A stretch of 63,336 nucleotides of DNA, filler included, from Craspedostauros australis (Eukaryota), in the NCBI GenBank assembly GCA_030167865.1. It is 10 parts of 10 records of this genome, joined end to end, with 100 filler letters (N's around TTAATTAATTAA, not from the genome) between each part and the next. Parts side by side here need not be neighbours in the genome. Positions count along the whole stretch, not along the records: positions 1 to 17,494 come from JALAGF010006540.1; positions 17,595 to 23,240 come from JALAGF010006542.1; 8 more parts are not named here. The stretch is one strand, 5' to 3'. The position numbers and the translations under genes were made by a program. How positions within the stretch are numbered: position 1 is the stretch's first letter; each line of letters starts with the position of its first letter. The notes under the pieces were generated by a model. That model was given only the letters and a program-made list of their open reading frames with translations, was not told the origin of the DNA and did no database searches. Positions 12,854-23,340 of this stretch are shown here, piece after piece.

Positions 12854-12865
12854 TTATTTATTTAT
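12854..12865 (+). repeat. (TTAT)3 3' tail of the LINE
   Basis: TTATTTATTTAT directly abuts the right TSD. Confidence 0.85.
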
Positions 12866-12880
12866 TCAACATACGGAGCA
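12866..12880 (+). repeat. Target-site duplication, right copy
   Basis: TCAACATACGGAGCA, identical to 4478-4492. Confidence 0.95.
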
Positions 12881-13222
12881 GAATTCAATGCAATGCGCTC
12901 GGCAACCGAGGAAATCATTGCACTCCGATACGCACTCCGATCTCTGGGAGTCACAGTCAAAGCGCCAACGATCACGTTCGGCGACAACAATGCAGTGATA
13001 TCGAACACGACCATTGCAGACAGCTTGCTTCAAAAGAAGCACGTGGCAATCTCGTTCCACAGAGTCCGCGAAGCGGTGGGAGCTGGAATCCTTGTCCCAG
13101 TCTATGTCCCATCGAAGCGGAACTTTGCAGATATGCTCACGAAGGCGCTGGCAAAGCCAGAACTCACATCATTTGTCACAACTCTGTTCTATGCAGGTCT
13201 ACCTCGAGATCAAGGGGCGTGA
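12881..13222 (+). pseudogene. copia pol RNase H, C-terminal half
   Basis: EFNAM..LRYALRSLG..FGDNNAV..KKHVAISFHRVRE..NFADMLTKAL. Confidence 0.93.
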
Positions 13223-13390
13223 CAATTCTCACAGAATTCTTTACTTCTTACTTCTCTACTAATCCCATTAGTCAAATACTGGTCGGGGGCTGTCTTCGGA
13301 CAGCACTCACAAATAAACAACAAGAGCTCCGACCAGGGCACGAAACAACGGGCCAATACGTCTTTCGTAGTTACTTGCACTGTTTGACAA
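13206..13390 (+). repeat. Polypurine tract and start of the copia 3' LTR (TG at 13220); LTR end not resolved
   Basis: GAGATCAAGGGGCG|TGACA at the pol stop; AATAAA near 13312. There is no 5' LTR in the window to compare. Confidence 0.55.
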
Positions 13391-13705
13391 AGAGAAGGAG
13401 ACAAACACAGGCAAACAGAAGGAGGAGACCATGCGAACAAGACAACAACACACACACCACCCAACCCCATACTCAACCGCGTGAACATCAGACATCGAGT
13501 TGCCACTCATATTCATCACACAGCGTATGGTACTCATACTCATACTAATACTAATACTAATACAAGCTGTTGCATACACAAACATCGATATCTCTTCCAT
13601 AGGCAGCTCCGACCACAGACATCCTCGACAGCCAATCCAACGTAAATCGTCCAACGTCCAACATCTATCGTCCAGCAACCATCGACCATCCACCACACTC
13701 TCAAA

Positions 13706-15654
13706 ATGCCGAGTGTTACGAACGAACAACTCATTGATGCTGCCAAGGCAGGTGACTTGTCAGTGTTGAAGGAGGGGAAGAAGCAGAACAAGACGCAGAA
13801 TGAAAGAGTTAATGTCAACAAGGTTACAGGCTGGCTTGGTCGCACTCCCCTTCATTGGGCATGCTACAACGGCCACCTGGAGTGTGTCAAGTACCTCATC
13901 AAATCATGTGGAGCTGACATCAACTGCCAAAACAACTATGGTTCCACTCCCCTTCATCTGGCATGCTGGAACGGCCACCTGGAGTGTGTCAAGTACCTCA
14001 TCGAATCATGTGAGGCGAACATCAACTGCAAAGACAACGATGGTTCCACTCCCCTTCATCTGGCATGCTGCCACAGCCACCTGGAGTGTGTCAAGTACCT
14101 CATCGAATCATGTGAGGCGGACATCAACTGCAAAATCAACGATGGTCGCACTCCCCTTCATCTGGCATGCTGGAACGGCAAGCTGGAGTGTGTTGTGTAC
14201 CTCATCGAATCATGTGAGGCGAACATCAACTGCAAAGACAACGATGGTTCCACTCCCCTTCATCATGCATGCATGAACGGCCACCTGGAGTGTGTCAAGT
14301 ACCTCATCGAATCATGTGAGGCGGACATCAACTGCAAAGACAACGATGGTCGCACTCCCCTTCATCGGGCATGCTACAACGGCCACCTGGAGTGTATCGA
14401 GTACCTCATCGAATCAGGTAGGGCTAACATCAACTGTCAAAACAACCGAGGTTCCACTCCCCTTCATCGGGCATGCTACAAGGGCCACCTGGAGTGTGTG
14501 AAGTACCTCATCAAATCAGGTGGGGCGAACATCAACTGTCAAAACAACCGAGGTGAAACTCCCCTTCGTTGGGCATGCACGCGTGGCCACCTGGAGTGTA
14601 TGGAGTCCCTCATTAGAGGACTTTCACCTTCAGCTCACCCACAACTGCAGCAACACTTACAACAAAACGAACAAGCAAATGAACAACCACAAGAACAGCT
14701 GAGACAGCAGTTGAAGCGAAAGAGCCAAGAGAATGAACACAAACACAGCAGCAACAAGAGGACCAACATCAGCATTGGAGAAGGCCGGCCCAGATCCTTC
14801 CAAACCGAGAACAGGGCAGACACCATCTTCTTGTGTGGACAGGGCGACCAACAACAACCAATCAAGGCAAACTCTGGAGTCCTCATGATCGCTGCCCCAT
14901 CCATTGAGACACTGATCGACAAAGGAATCCAGCATCAGCACGCGAATGATGACACCGGAGACGGCGCGGCTCCATCCAAACAACCATCCCTCTCCCCAAC
15001 CTCCAACCAAGGCACGTCCGATACGTCCTCCAATGCATCTACACAGGCAAGATATCCTTGAATGACAGCGCTCGTGACAACGCCGCCACTCATATCGGTG
15101 CTCACGCCAACGCTCGCCACGATACAGATGCCTCTCACCAGCCAACTCCCATCCTCACTGGACAGGATGATCTGCAACAGCTGATCCTTGTGGCCAACGA
15201 GTTTGGCTTCTGACGACTCAAGCTTGTTCTTGAATCAGAGCTAGCGCACAAGCATTTCACAGAAGACAGCATGATAGATGTGTTGATATTCGCTCATCAA
15301 CACAACTGCGTGGTGTTGAAGGATATGGCGATGAGAATGGCAGCTGAAAGTGATAAAGATATGTTCACTCATCCAGATTTCAGCAAGCTGATTCCACACC
15401 ATCAACTGCTGGGAGGCATTCATGTCCTCCGTAGTGGGGGAGCGGAGAGTGATGGAGTTGATGATGAGTACAGCCACATGTCCATGGTGGAGCTGTACAA
15501 GGTTATGGATCAGGATGATGGTACAGCACAAGTGGATTCGTACATGGATCGGGCAACATTGGTGGACCTCGTCCGTTCCATGAGAACCAGCTCCACGAGA
15601 GCCAATGGATCCGAAGTGATTGTGGTGGACGGCACTGCCGAGGAAGAGGAGTGA
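13706..15654 (+). pseudogene. Ankyrin-repeat + BTB/POZ(-BACK-like) protein, copy 1; ANK part open, BTB disrupted (1-bp deletion near 14972, TGA at 15211-15213)
   Basis: Eight 34-aa ANK repeats and a Q-rich linker, then ADTIFLCG..IKANSGVL..(shift)..VRYVLQCIYTG..LILVANEFG..LKLVLESEL..VLIFAHQHNCVVLKD, a SPOP-like BTB/BACK pattern. The lesions are inferred from the paralog at 58102-59894. Confidence 0.8.
13838..14620 (+). repeat. Tandem 102-bp ankyrin-coding repeats (7 full + 1 partial), high nucleotide identity
   Basis: The GGT-NNN-ACTCCCCTTC motif recurs at 13838, 13940 and every 102 bp up to 14552. Confidence 0.95.
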
Positions 15655-15849
15655 AGTGTCAGACCATACCAAATCATAACAGAAATCTTCAAGAAGTGAA
15701 CGCATGACAGAATTGAGTCGACGGATAGAAATAGTCGTCAGAATAGTCATTAGGATAGAATCTGTGTGAAAGGAGGTGGAGCAATTTATGATCGATTCAT
15801 TGAATGGTGCGTCCGCCATGCCTTCACCGTCGCCTTTGGTGATGTGCAC

Positions 15850-16839
15850 AGCATGCTGCTCTGCATGCTGCTCTATCCACTCCTGTATCGTTCACAGCAC
15901 GGTCTGGCTAATCCGCGAGAGACGCATGATCTTCTGTGAATGAATTGCAGATGATCCCGGTTGGTGTAAGGCACGTTGGTGTGCAGCATCAGTGGCCAAT
16001 GCGACAGGAAGAAGATGATTCAGCCACCGCTGTCATCGTCGTGGTCGTCATTGCCGATCATATGGTTTCCGCGTTCGTTGGTGTCGATGATGTGAGCGGA
16101 GTTGTGTGGGAAGCTATGGTGGACCTCGCGGGCGTCATGCATGGCTTGTAGAACTCGAATCCAACGTGACGGAGCGGGATGTACCACGGCTGTCAGCTTG
16201 TTGGTGGTGGTGGTGCTGCAGTTCGTGCATGATGTCGCGCAGGGCACAAGCGCATGCCAACAGCTGCTGTATGGTTTTCGATATGGCGGACCAAGATGAT
16301 GAGCCATGGGAGAAGTTGCCAACGTCATTGTACACGATTTCAATAATGGTGGATCCGATGATAGCATGCCTCTATCTCATCGTTTGCGGTTTGTGGCAGA
16401 GATGCATCGCTTCGAGCATCGGTATGAGCAGGCGTGGCTGGTTGTGGTGCGTATAGTGGGGACTGAGGAACATCTCCAAACTGATGGCTCTGCAGGTCTC
16501 GGGAAAGTCGCTGCATCCGATCTCACAGATGCACCTGTCCAACATGTGCTGAATCTCCGTTTCAGACAACGCATCGTACGTTTATGTGCGTGCGCGCGGC
16601 TGATGACTTGAATCCAGACCGCACCATGGGCCATGACATGTCTTGCCATTGCTGTTGGCTCTGTTGTTGGCTCTGCGATTTCACATGTCCCAAGCTCTCC
16701 TCTACTCCGGAGCAGTTGGTGTGATATCTTCCTTTCTGATGTCGCTGAGCGATGCGACACGTTTGAGATCGCTGTTCGTCACCGCTTGGCATTCATCATC
16801 GGCATCAGCGTCATCGGCATCGTCATCGTCTCATGCCAT
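15850..16839 (-). pseudogene. Decayed ORF of unknown function; 3' end approximate
   Basis: From ATG 16839 one frame reads MA*DDDDADDAD..LKRVASLSDIRKED.. and joins ORFs 16372-16569 and 16135-16335. It has about 7 stops, each one C-to-T change from an Arg or Gln codon. Confidence 0.45.
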
Positions 16840-17494
16840 GGTCGCCTTCGTTGATTCTATTGGCGTGTCACGTTTTTCGCAGCCGCCGCTTGCTTGATTA
16901 CTTCATTGCTGTGTTGCTTCGCTGATTGCTGCTTGACAGACAATGTCTCAGTGTTGGCTGATACCTCCATCAATGCAAACAAAGTCAAGCCATTTCATCT
17001 CTCTCTCTCTCTCTTTTGTGTTGATGTTGATGTTGTTTGATGAATCATGGGTGCAAAATCGAAGATTCGTTGTTTTGGATGGTGTCAAGAATTGTTGGCG
17101 CGTTTGGCGAGTACTCGTCTGTCTGCCATCCGTTGTTCATTCAACCAATGATACACACAAACACTCACAACCAACATCACCTCTCTGTTGTCTTCATTCG
17201 ACACAACTCTGTTCGACGATGGTGATGGTGATGGCGATGGCGATGGCGATGGCAACCACTCCAATGACGCCGCATCCCTTCACAATTGGTACCACCACCA
17301 ACAACACAAGCACAAACAAACAGACAAGATGATGAGACATCGACATCCAAGAGGATCTGTGGGAAGGCTCGCCAGTTGCTCCATGCCTTGACCCACCCGT
17401 CGTACGACTATGAGTATTGCTATGGAACCTTCCATGAGTACGATCTACTCTGGGAGTTGCCACAGCAAAGCGTCCAGCCTGATACTCTGTTCGA

Positions 17495-17594
17495 NNNNNN
17501 NNNNNNNNNNNNNNNNNNNNNNNNNNNNNNNNNNNNNNTTAATTAATTAANNNNNNNNNNNNNNNNNNNNNNNNNNNNNNNNNNNNNNNNNNNN
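17495..17594. other. Artificial scaffold linker N44-TTAATTAATTAA-N44; also at 23241, 27168, 37479, 52829, 54485, 56615, 59895 and 61472 (100 bp each)
   Basis: The same six-frame-stop 12-mer is centred in Ns nine times. Confidence 0.98.
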
Positions 17595-20307
17595 GGACCA
17601 TCACCACGGCATGATCCTTTCGCGGATCAGGGATGCCGGTGGCGGCGACGTAGCAGTCACCGACGGTCTCGACCTTGAACACACGACGGGCCTTGGCGAT
17701 CTGATCGAAGGAAGAGAAGATCTTCTCCAGGAACGTGAACACCTGGGATGGCTCACGGACGGAGCTCCAGGCGGTGAAGCCTGCGATATCCGCGAACAGG
17801 ATCGTCGTGTCAAGGAACAGATCAGCCATGGGACGTGAGTCCATGCCAGAACCCTCAATGTCTCCGGCCAGGAAGCTCTTGAGGCCGGAGATTTGGCTGG
17901 CAACGCCCTTGTTTTTTCCTGCCTGACTGTTGGTGATGAGTCGATCGCGGATGTTTCGCGGGAAGAGGGACGAGACGATGGCGTTGGACTTGGCCGCATT
18001 CTCGACCAGTCTTTCGTTGCGGCGGTAGACGAAGAGGTCGTAGATGAAGAAGACGACCGCAACGAAGACGAATGTACAGCACACGATGATGGCGAATATC
18101 TCCGGAGTGAACTTGTCGTATGGTTGCTGGAAGTCGCGGGAGGGGTAGAGGAACATTGAGTACTGGCAGTGTCCTGGGGTGGTTGCGAAGTCTGCATGAT
18201 CGTTGAGGGCGAGGTCGACCTTTCGTTCGTAGTTGTTGTACTTTGGGTCATGCAGGTCACCTGGTGGTTGTGCACGATGAATGGGGATGGAAAACGTAGA
18301 TCAAAGATGGAGAAAGTAGAAGACACGAAGACACGAAGACACGAAGAGAGCGAGGATGGTAGAAAGAGAAGCAAGCATACGTTTGAGCGAGATCGCGCGA
18401 AGCACTCCAGGGCACACACGCACGGGGAGTGTGACGTAGCGAACAGATGTGAAGGCACTTTGTCAAGAGTGAAGCGAATGGCATGGAGGCGAAGCGAGTG
18501 GCAACACTTACCGTTTCCCTCGAAGATGGCATCACCGCCATTGATGACATAGGTGTAGGATTGGTTGCAGTCNNNNNNNNNNNNNNNNNNNNNNNNNNNN
18601 NNNNNNNNNNNNNNNNNNNNNNAGGATTGGTTGCAGTCGTTCTTGATGACAGCGTAGAGGCCCTTGACGTTGGAAGGGAGTAGATCCTTCAGTGCAGCGT
18701 CCCATGTAGCTCCGCCACCCAACATAGCGACGATTTTGGAGTTGTAGTCTCCAACTTTCTCGTGGACTGGGTGGAACGCGAAGCTGTGTGGATGTTCGGT
18801 GCTGGAATCTTTCAGTTTGGCATGCATGACCTCGTGCTCTTCTTGTGTAAAGCCGATGCCTGCTCCAATGTACTTGCGGACGTTTGAAATGATGGTTTGG
18901 TTCTTGAGCGCGAAGATTGCTTTGGACACCAGATCATAGTCAGGTATGGAGAATGCGTTCCAGTTCACGAAGCCGTAGGTGAAAGTTGCTGGAGCGTTCT
19001 CCCAGAGCGGGAAGTAGTAGTCACGCTTGATGTCCTCCACGAAACCAGCGGGGGACGGGCGCGTGACGTACGGGTGAAAGCCAACTGGCTTCAGTTTGTC
19101 CAGGTTTCCGTTTTGTTCGATGTGGTCACCTTGGACCATTTTATCGTGTCTTTCGGTGGTGTAACTGGCCCACTCCTCCAGCTGGTCGTGCTCCACACGA
19201 TGAAAGCAGGCAACAACTTCCATGGGCGTTTGCTCCAGGAAGGTCTGGGCAAATGTTATGTAGTAGTCGATGGATACGAATGGCCATGTTTGGTTGGTGA
19301 CCTGTGCCGCCGCTGTTATTGAGTTCGCCAGTCCCCTGTACCCCGTGCGGAGAGCTCGTTGCTGATCGACAGCAGCATCTCCGACTGTTCTGGAGAATTG
19401 CTTGAACTGCGCGCACGAAGGTGGAAGGTGTGGATCGTCGTGATCGCGTGGGTATCAGCCAAGTGCGATGATAAATCAGCATCCATACGTTGTTACCAAG
19501 AATTGTGATGGTGAAGAGCGCACCATCACATGGTTGTCAAATGGTGAGGAAAGTTGGGACAAGATAGGGATGGAGTGAGATGACATGGCGGGTGACATCG
19601 AGCCATGGAGTGTCGTTCATCGGCGAAGCAGCAGACGGATTATCTGAGCTAATTTTGCAGCGAGCGAGGATTTGCTCTTTTCTCTCGTGAGACACTTACG
19701 GCAGTTTCGAAGTTCTCGTCTTGTTCATCTTGGAGGAACTGTTGGCGACAGCGATAGATTGTGAGAAGTCAAGATGAAAGGATGCGTGTGGTAGACAAAA
19801 TAGTGTATGAGCAGCAGTAAGGTTGCACGGAAGATTGGGTGGACGGAATGGTTTAGTGCATGAGACGCAAAGACTGAAATGGTCACGGTCGTCATGGGCA
19901 TCGGTATCGGCGTGAACAGGATCGTTTTTTGTTGTTGCTATCGTCCTTGTCATCGTGCATGGTGGTGCGGTGACAATGAAGATGGAGACGCGCGGGATCA
20001 AGGAGCCTCAAGCCTTCTCAGCGTTTGGTGTGTAGAGCATGCGGCGCATGTCACACGTAGTATGCTTCGTGGAACTTACTGTGTATGTAGTCCAGGTGAC
20101 CGTGACTGCTGTTGCCAGAAGAGCACCTGTGACCATCAACCTCCACAATCGAATGTTCAGTGTATCTTTCTTGGCTACGTTGCGGACGGCCTGAAGTTCA
20201 TCGCCCTCTTCGGATACGGAGTCCACGCGGCCTTCGCTTGCCGAGTGAGCGGTAGATTTGATCGACATCTGATCGTCCATAGTTCCGACGCTGAAGCTTC
20301 TCCTCAT
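17595..20307 (-). CDS. Receptor-type class III nucleotide (guanylate) cyclase, 3'-truncated by scaffold end; exons 20307-20080, 19738-19700, 19406-18512, 18260-17595
   Basis: GT-AG introns keep the frame. TM - extracellular domain (TWPFV) - TM - IVSSLFP linker - TILFADIAGFTAWSS..FKVETVGDCYVAATG; the KVETxGD Glu is the guanylate-cyclase-type residue. Confidence 0.9.
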
Positions 20308-23036
20308 CTTTTCGGTTTCTCTCCTTTCCGGATGTTGGGATGTTGTGCGAGATGTTGAGATGGTGCGTTGTGTTGCGTTGCTTTGCTTTGCTTTTACTGC
20401 GCGAGAGTCTGCGTGAGATGCCCCGTGCTGTGCTGGGTATTTTATGAAAGAGTCGAGAGGGGAAATGGGAGATGTGTGCGTTTTGTTTGTGTTGCGTGCC
20501 TCTGTGTATGGAACCTGCGTGTTGCTTGTCTGCATTTTGTGGGGTGGAGGTGGTCATGAAGTGTTCGGTGTGGCCGTTGTGGAGTAAAAGGTACTGTTTG
20601 GCCTCTGTGTTTGATTGTTCTTCGATGGTGACACGTTGCGCAGTACTCGTGCAGTAGAAATCTGCGGAGGCTGCAGCACTTTCATCTACAGACGAGCATT
20701 TCGGTCGTTCGATTGCCGCTGCGACCCCTGGCCATCCGGGGAACCCGCGCCGCTCTCTGTCCCATCAAGTTTCCTGGCAGCTGGTGTGACATCGCTTCCT
20801 TGGATTGTTTGTGTCGTGCATGAGATGGAGTTCGCGGCAACGAAGATTGACAACGCACAAAGCAGTCTCCAATTGACGCAGACCATCTTCACCTCGGGGA
20901 GGGGGGCTAGTTGGTGAGGCCCTCCTCCCAGGTCAACTTCATTCTGTTGTGCGCCAGCTTTACGTTGGAACGGGGCGGAGGAGAGCGGAGGAGGGCAGAG
21001 TTGGGTGGATGGAGCTGAGCTGAGCAGAGAGGTTTCCTCCAAGGGAAGGGAAGCTATCTTGTCGTTTGACTTGCACAACATGCCTTGTGGTTGTGCTCCG
21101 TGTAGGTGTACAATTGTTCGTACACGCACGATGCGCACAATGCAGCGTGATTGCAACGCATCCGAAGTCCTTGGTGTCAGTCCCTTTTTCGTTTTCTCCG
21201 CGTGCCTTTTCGTTGGTGCTGATGACGCTTTTTTGCTCTCCTCATGAACAAAAAGGCGCCAGTCCCCGACGAAGGAGGGCAAAGAAAGTCCAGAGGATCA
21301 CCCACGAAGGTGAAGGACCAGAAGGATTCGCCGCTTCACGATTGGCTACGATACGTTGCATCACTTTTTAAGCGCTGGCGGGAAAGCAGGGGTCACCTGC
21401 GCTTGTCACTACAGTCATCTCAATGCACAGTAAATAGCCAGTACTTTAGATAGTACGGACACGGTACCGATGCGGAGACTTACGCCGAACCAATCCAACA
21501 CACTAACGATGTCGTTCCCTGTTTGCGCGCAGCTGGCGGAAAAAGAGTGACCAGCGGCACAACCAGAGAACAACAGCGAAGCTTCAGAAACGATACCCAA
21601 GGATCGAAACGACACTCTGCACACCCGGCGCGACGGCGCGAACCGTGATGGCCGCCACCATGCCCTCTCTGAAACAGTTGGCATGAATTGGCGCGAGGAC
21701 TTTGCGACGATTGGAAACCTCCCAAGCAGGTCTCAAGCTCCCAGCGTCAACGGCGTGACAAGTTGGACACCTAAGACCTTCTTTCATGCAAACGCCATTT
21801 GGCTTTACAGCTTCATTGCTCCATTGCTTCATTGTTTATTTTTTCCCATTTCCGTCACGAAATGGGAGAAAGACGATGATGTCGACAGAACTACAGACGT
21901 CGCATTTGGAGTGAAGCACAGTGCGCTTCAACGCCATATCTGCTGTACGAGTATTATCACATAATGTGGAATGAAGGGCGTAACGTTCTTCGTGCTGTGG
22001 TTGCGCGAAAAGTGGAGGAGCGATACAGTACCGACAAAGCAGCATGTCCGTATCCAATCCCCATGATCTATGGTCTTTGTGTGGAGTTGGTCGTACTTTG
22101 ATCCCATGGTGAGTATAGCAGTGCGCAAAGAGAACCAAAAGAGTGCCCGGAGCAGATTGGCACGACCAGATTGGAGTCTCATCACCCCCGCCGCGGCGGC
22201 TATTGGGCCACTCGCAGACGCGCTTTACCCAACCGAAGACGTGGGGCCAGCGTAGTCGCACAAGCTAGATGAGGCGCCGGGCCTGGCGAAGAGCATTCTC
22301 TCTGGAATATTGTACCACCGCGATTGAAAGGAGGCGAGGGGCATCACACGAAAGAACTCATGGCTGGTCTGTCACGAAGCTTTCTGTCCATACCAGTTCC
22401 CTCGAACCAAGACACATGGTTTGGCGTGGAAGTTGGAGGCCCCTCCCGCGTGGCCATGGGTGCACATGCATTACTCTGTCTCACTCCCTCCTGTTCTCTC
22501 TTCATTTGATGTTGTCAGAATCGCTCTTCCCAAGGCGCCCACGGCCGTCCCATCCTTCTCCCATTTCCTCCGATGCTCTCCGCATCCTCGTTTGGGGATC
22601 CCTGGTACTTGAGTACGAACGATGAAACAAGCCATTCATCATCGCCGCGAAACACTCCAAATCCAATCATTCTCAACACGCACCAAGCCAAACCGAACAG
22701 CACCTGCCATCTATTGGTGGGCAGACCCGAACGGGCGTTCTGCGTCGTTTTTGAGCGCCTCTGGATGCACCGGTTCCACGAGAGCATCACCTCTTCTTCA
22801 AACGCCAAACTATCCTTGGACGAAAGTTCATTTGCGGAGACGGTTCCAGGGGCATTGTTGATCTGTGTGACAAGCCCCCTCTGGTGGGTAAGTATCGGCA
22901 TGCAGTCACACCACGACCAATCCAGAACTCGTCGGATGCGGCAAGGGATGTAGAGTACGAGTGTTGGTAGTTCTCGTACTGTTCGTAATGTGCGCCCATA
23001 TCCCTAATGATTTTGGCCTGGTACTGGCCTACGTAC

Positions 23037-23111
23037 CTTGCGTCCGGACGCAAATTGGAGGTGCAATTTGCTTCCCCACGCAAATTGGGCCAATTTGCGT
23101 CCGGACGCAAG
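23037..23111. repeat. Perfect 22-bp inverted repeat with self-palindromic arms
   Basis: CTTGCGTCCGGACGCAAATTGG (23037-23058) and CCAATTTGCGTCCGGACGCAAG (23090-23111). Confidence 0.9.
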
Positions 23112-23340
23112 CGGCGACTCAAAGGACTAGCCCAAATACGCTTTACGAGAAGCCGTTTTTTTTTCAAACCCTTTTTCGCTGGCCATCTCGACTCACGACA
23201 TGACTCATGTCTTATATCGATAATAATCGCTGCAGTTGTGNNNNNNNNNNNNNNNNNNNNNNNNNNNNNNNNNNNNNNNNNNNNTTAATTAATTAANNNN
23301 NNNNNNNNNNNNNNNNNNNNNNNNNNNNNNNNNNNNNNNN

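Larger units (their letters stand above)
4493..12865 (+). mobile_element. Apparently full-length non-LTR retrotransposon, 8373 bp (Ambal-like architecture: APE-RT-RNase H)
   Basis: Bounded by a 15-bp TSD. It contains an A/C-rich 5' UTR, two long ORFs, a short structured 3' UTR and a (TTTA)n tail. The clade label is inferred from architecture and RT motifs. Confidence 0.92.
1213..13390 (+). mobile_element. Ty1/copia (CoDi-like) LTR retrotransposon, 5'-interrupted and split by a LINE insertion; 3' boundary approximate
   Basis: Domain order INT-RT-RNase H. The reading frame resumes after the inserted element (STYGA|EFNAM). PPT and TG LTR start follow the stop codon. Confidence 0.9.

Noticed and set aside
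12791..13222. ORF fusing the LINE 3' UTR to copia RNase H
   Set aside because: TTG start; a by-product of the insertion with no evidence of function.
13838..14620. CRISPR-like array or DGR template/variable repeat pair
   Set aside because: The repeats are in-frame ankyrin codons without spacers. Variation is not adenine-specific and the nearby RTs are ordinary retrotransposon RTs.
17539..17550. Recurring TTAATTAATTAA palindrome as a biological repeat
   Set aside because: Always centred in a 100-bp N block. It is an artificial six-frame-stop linker, so adjacency across it is meaningless.
20560..22950. Many short ORFs upstream of the cyclase gene
   Set aside because: No recognisable motifs, codon bias or consistent splice model.
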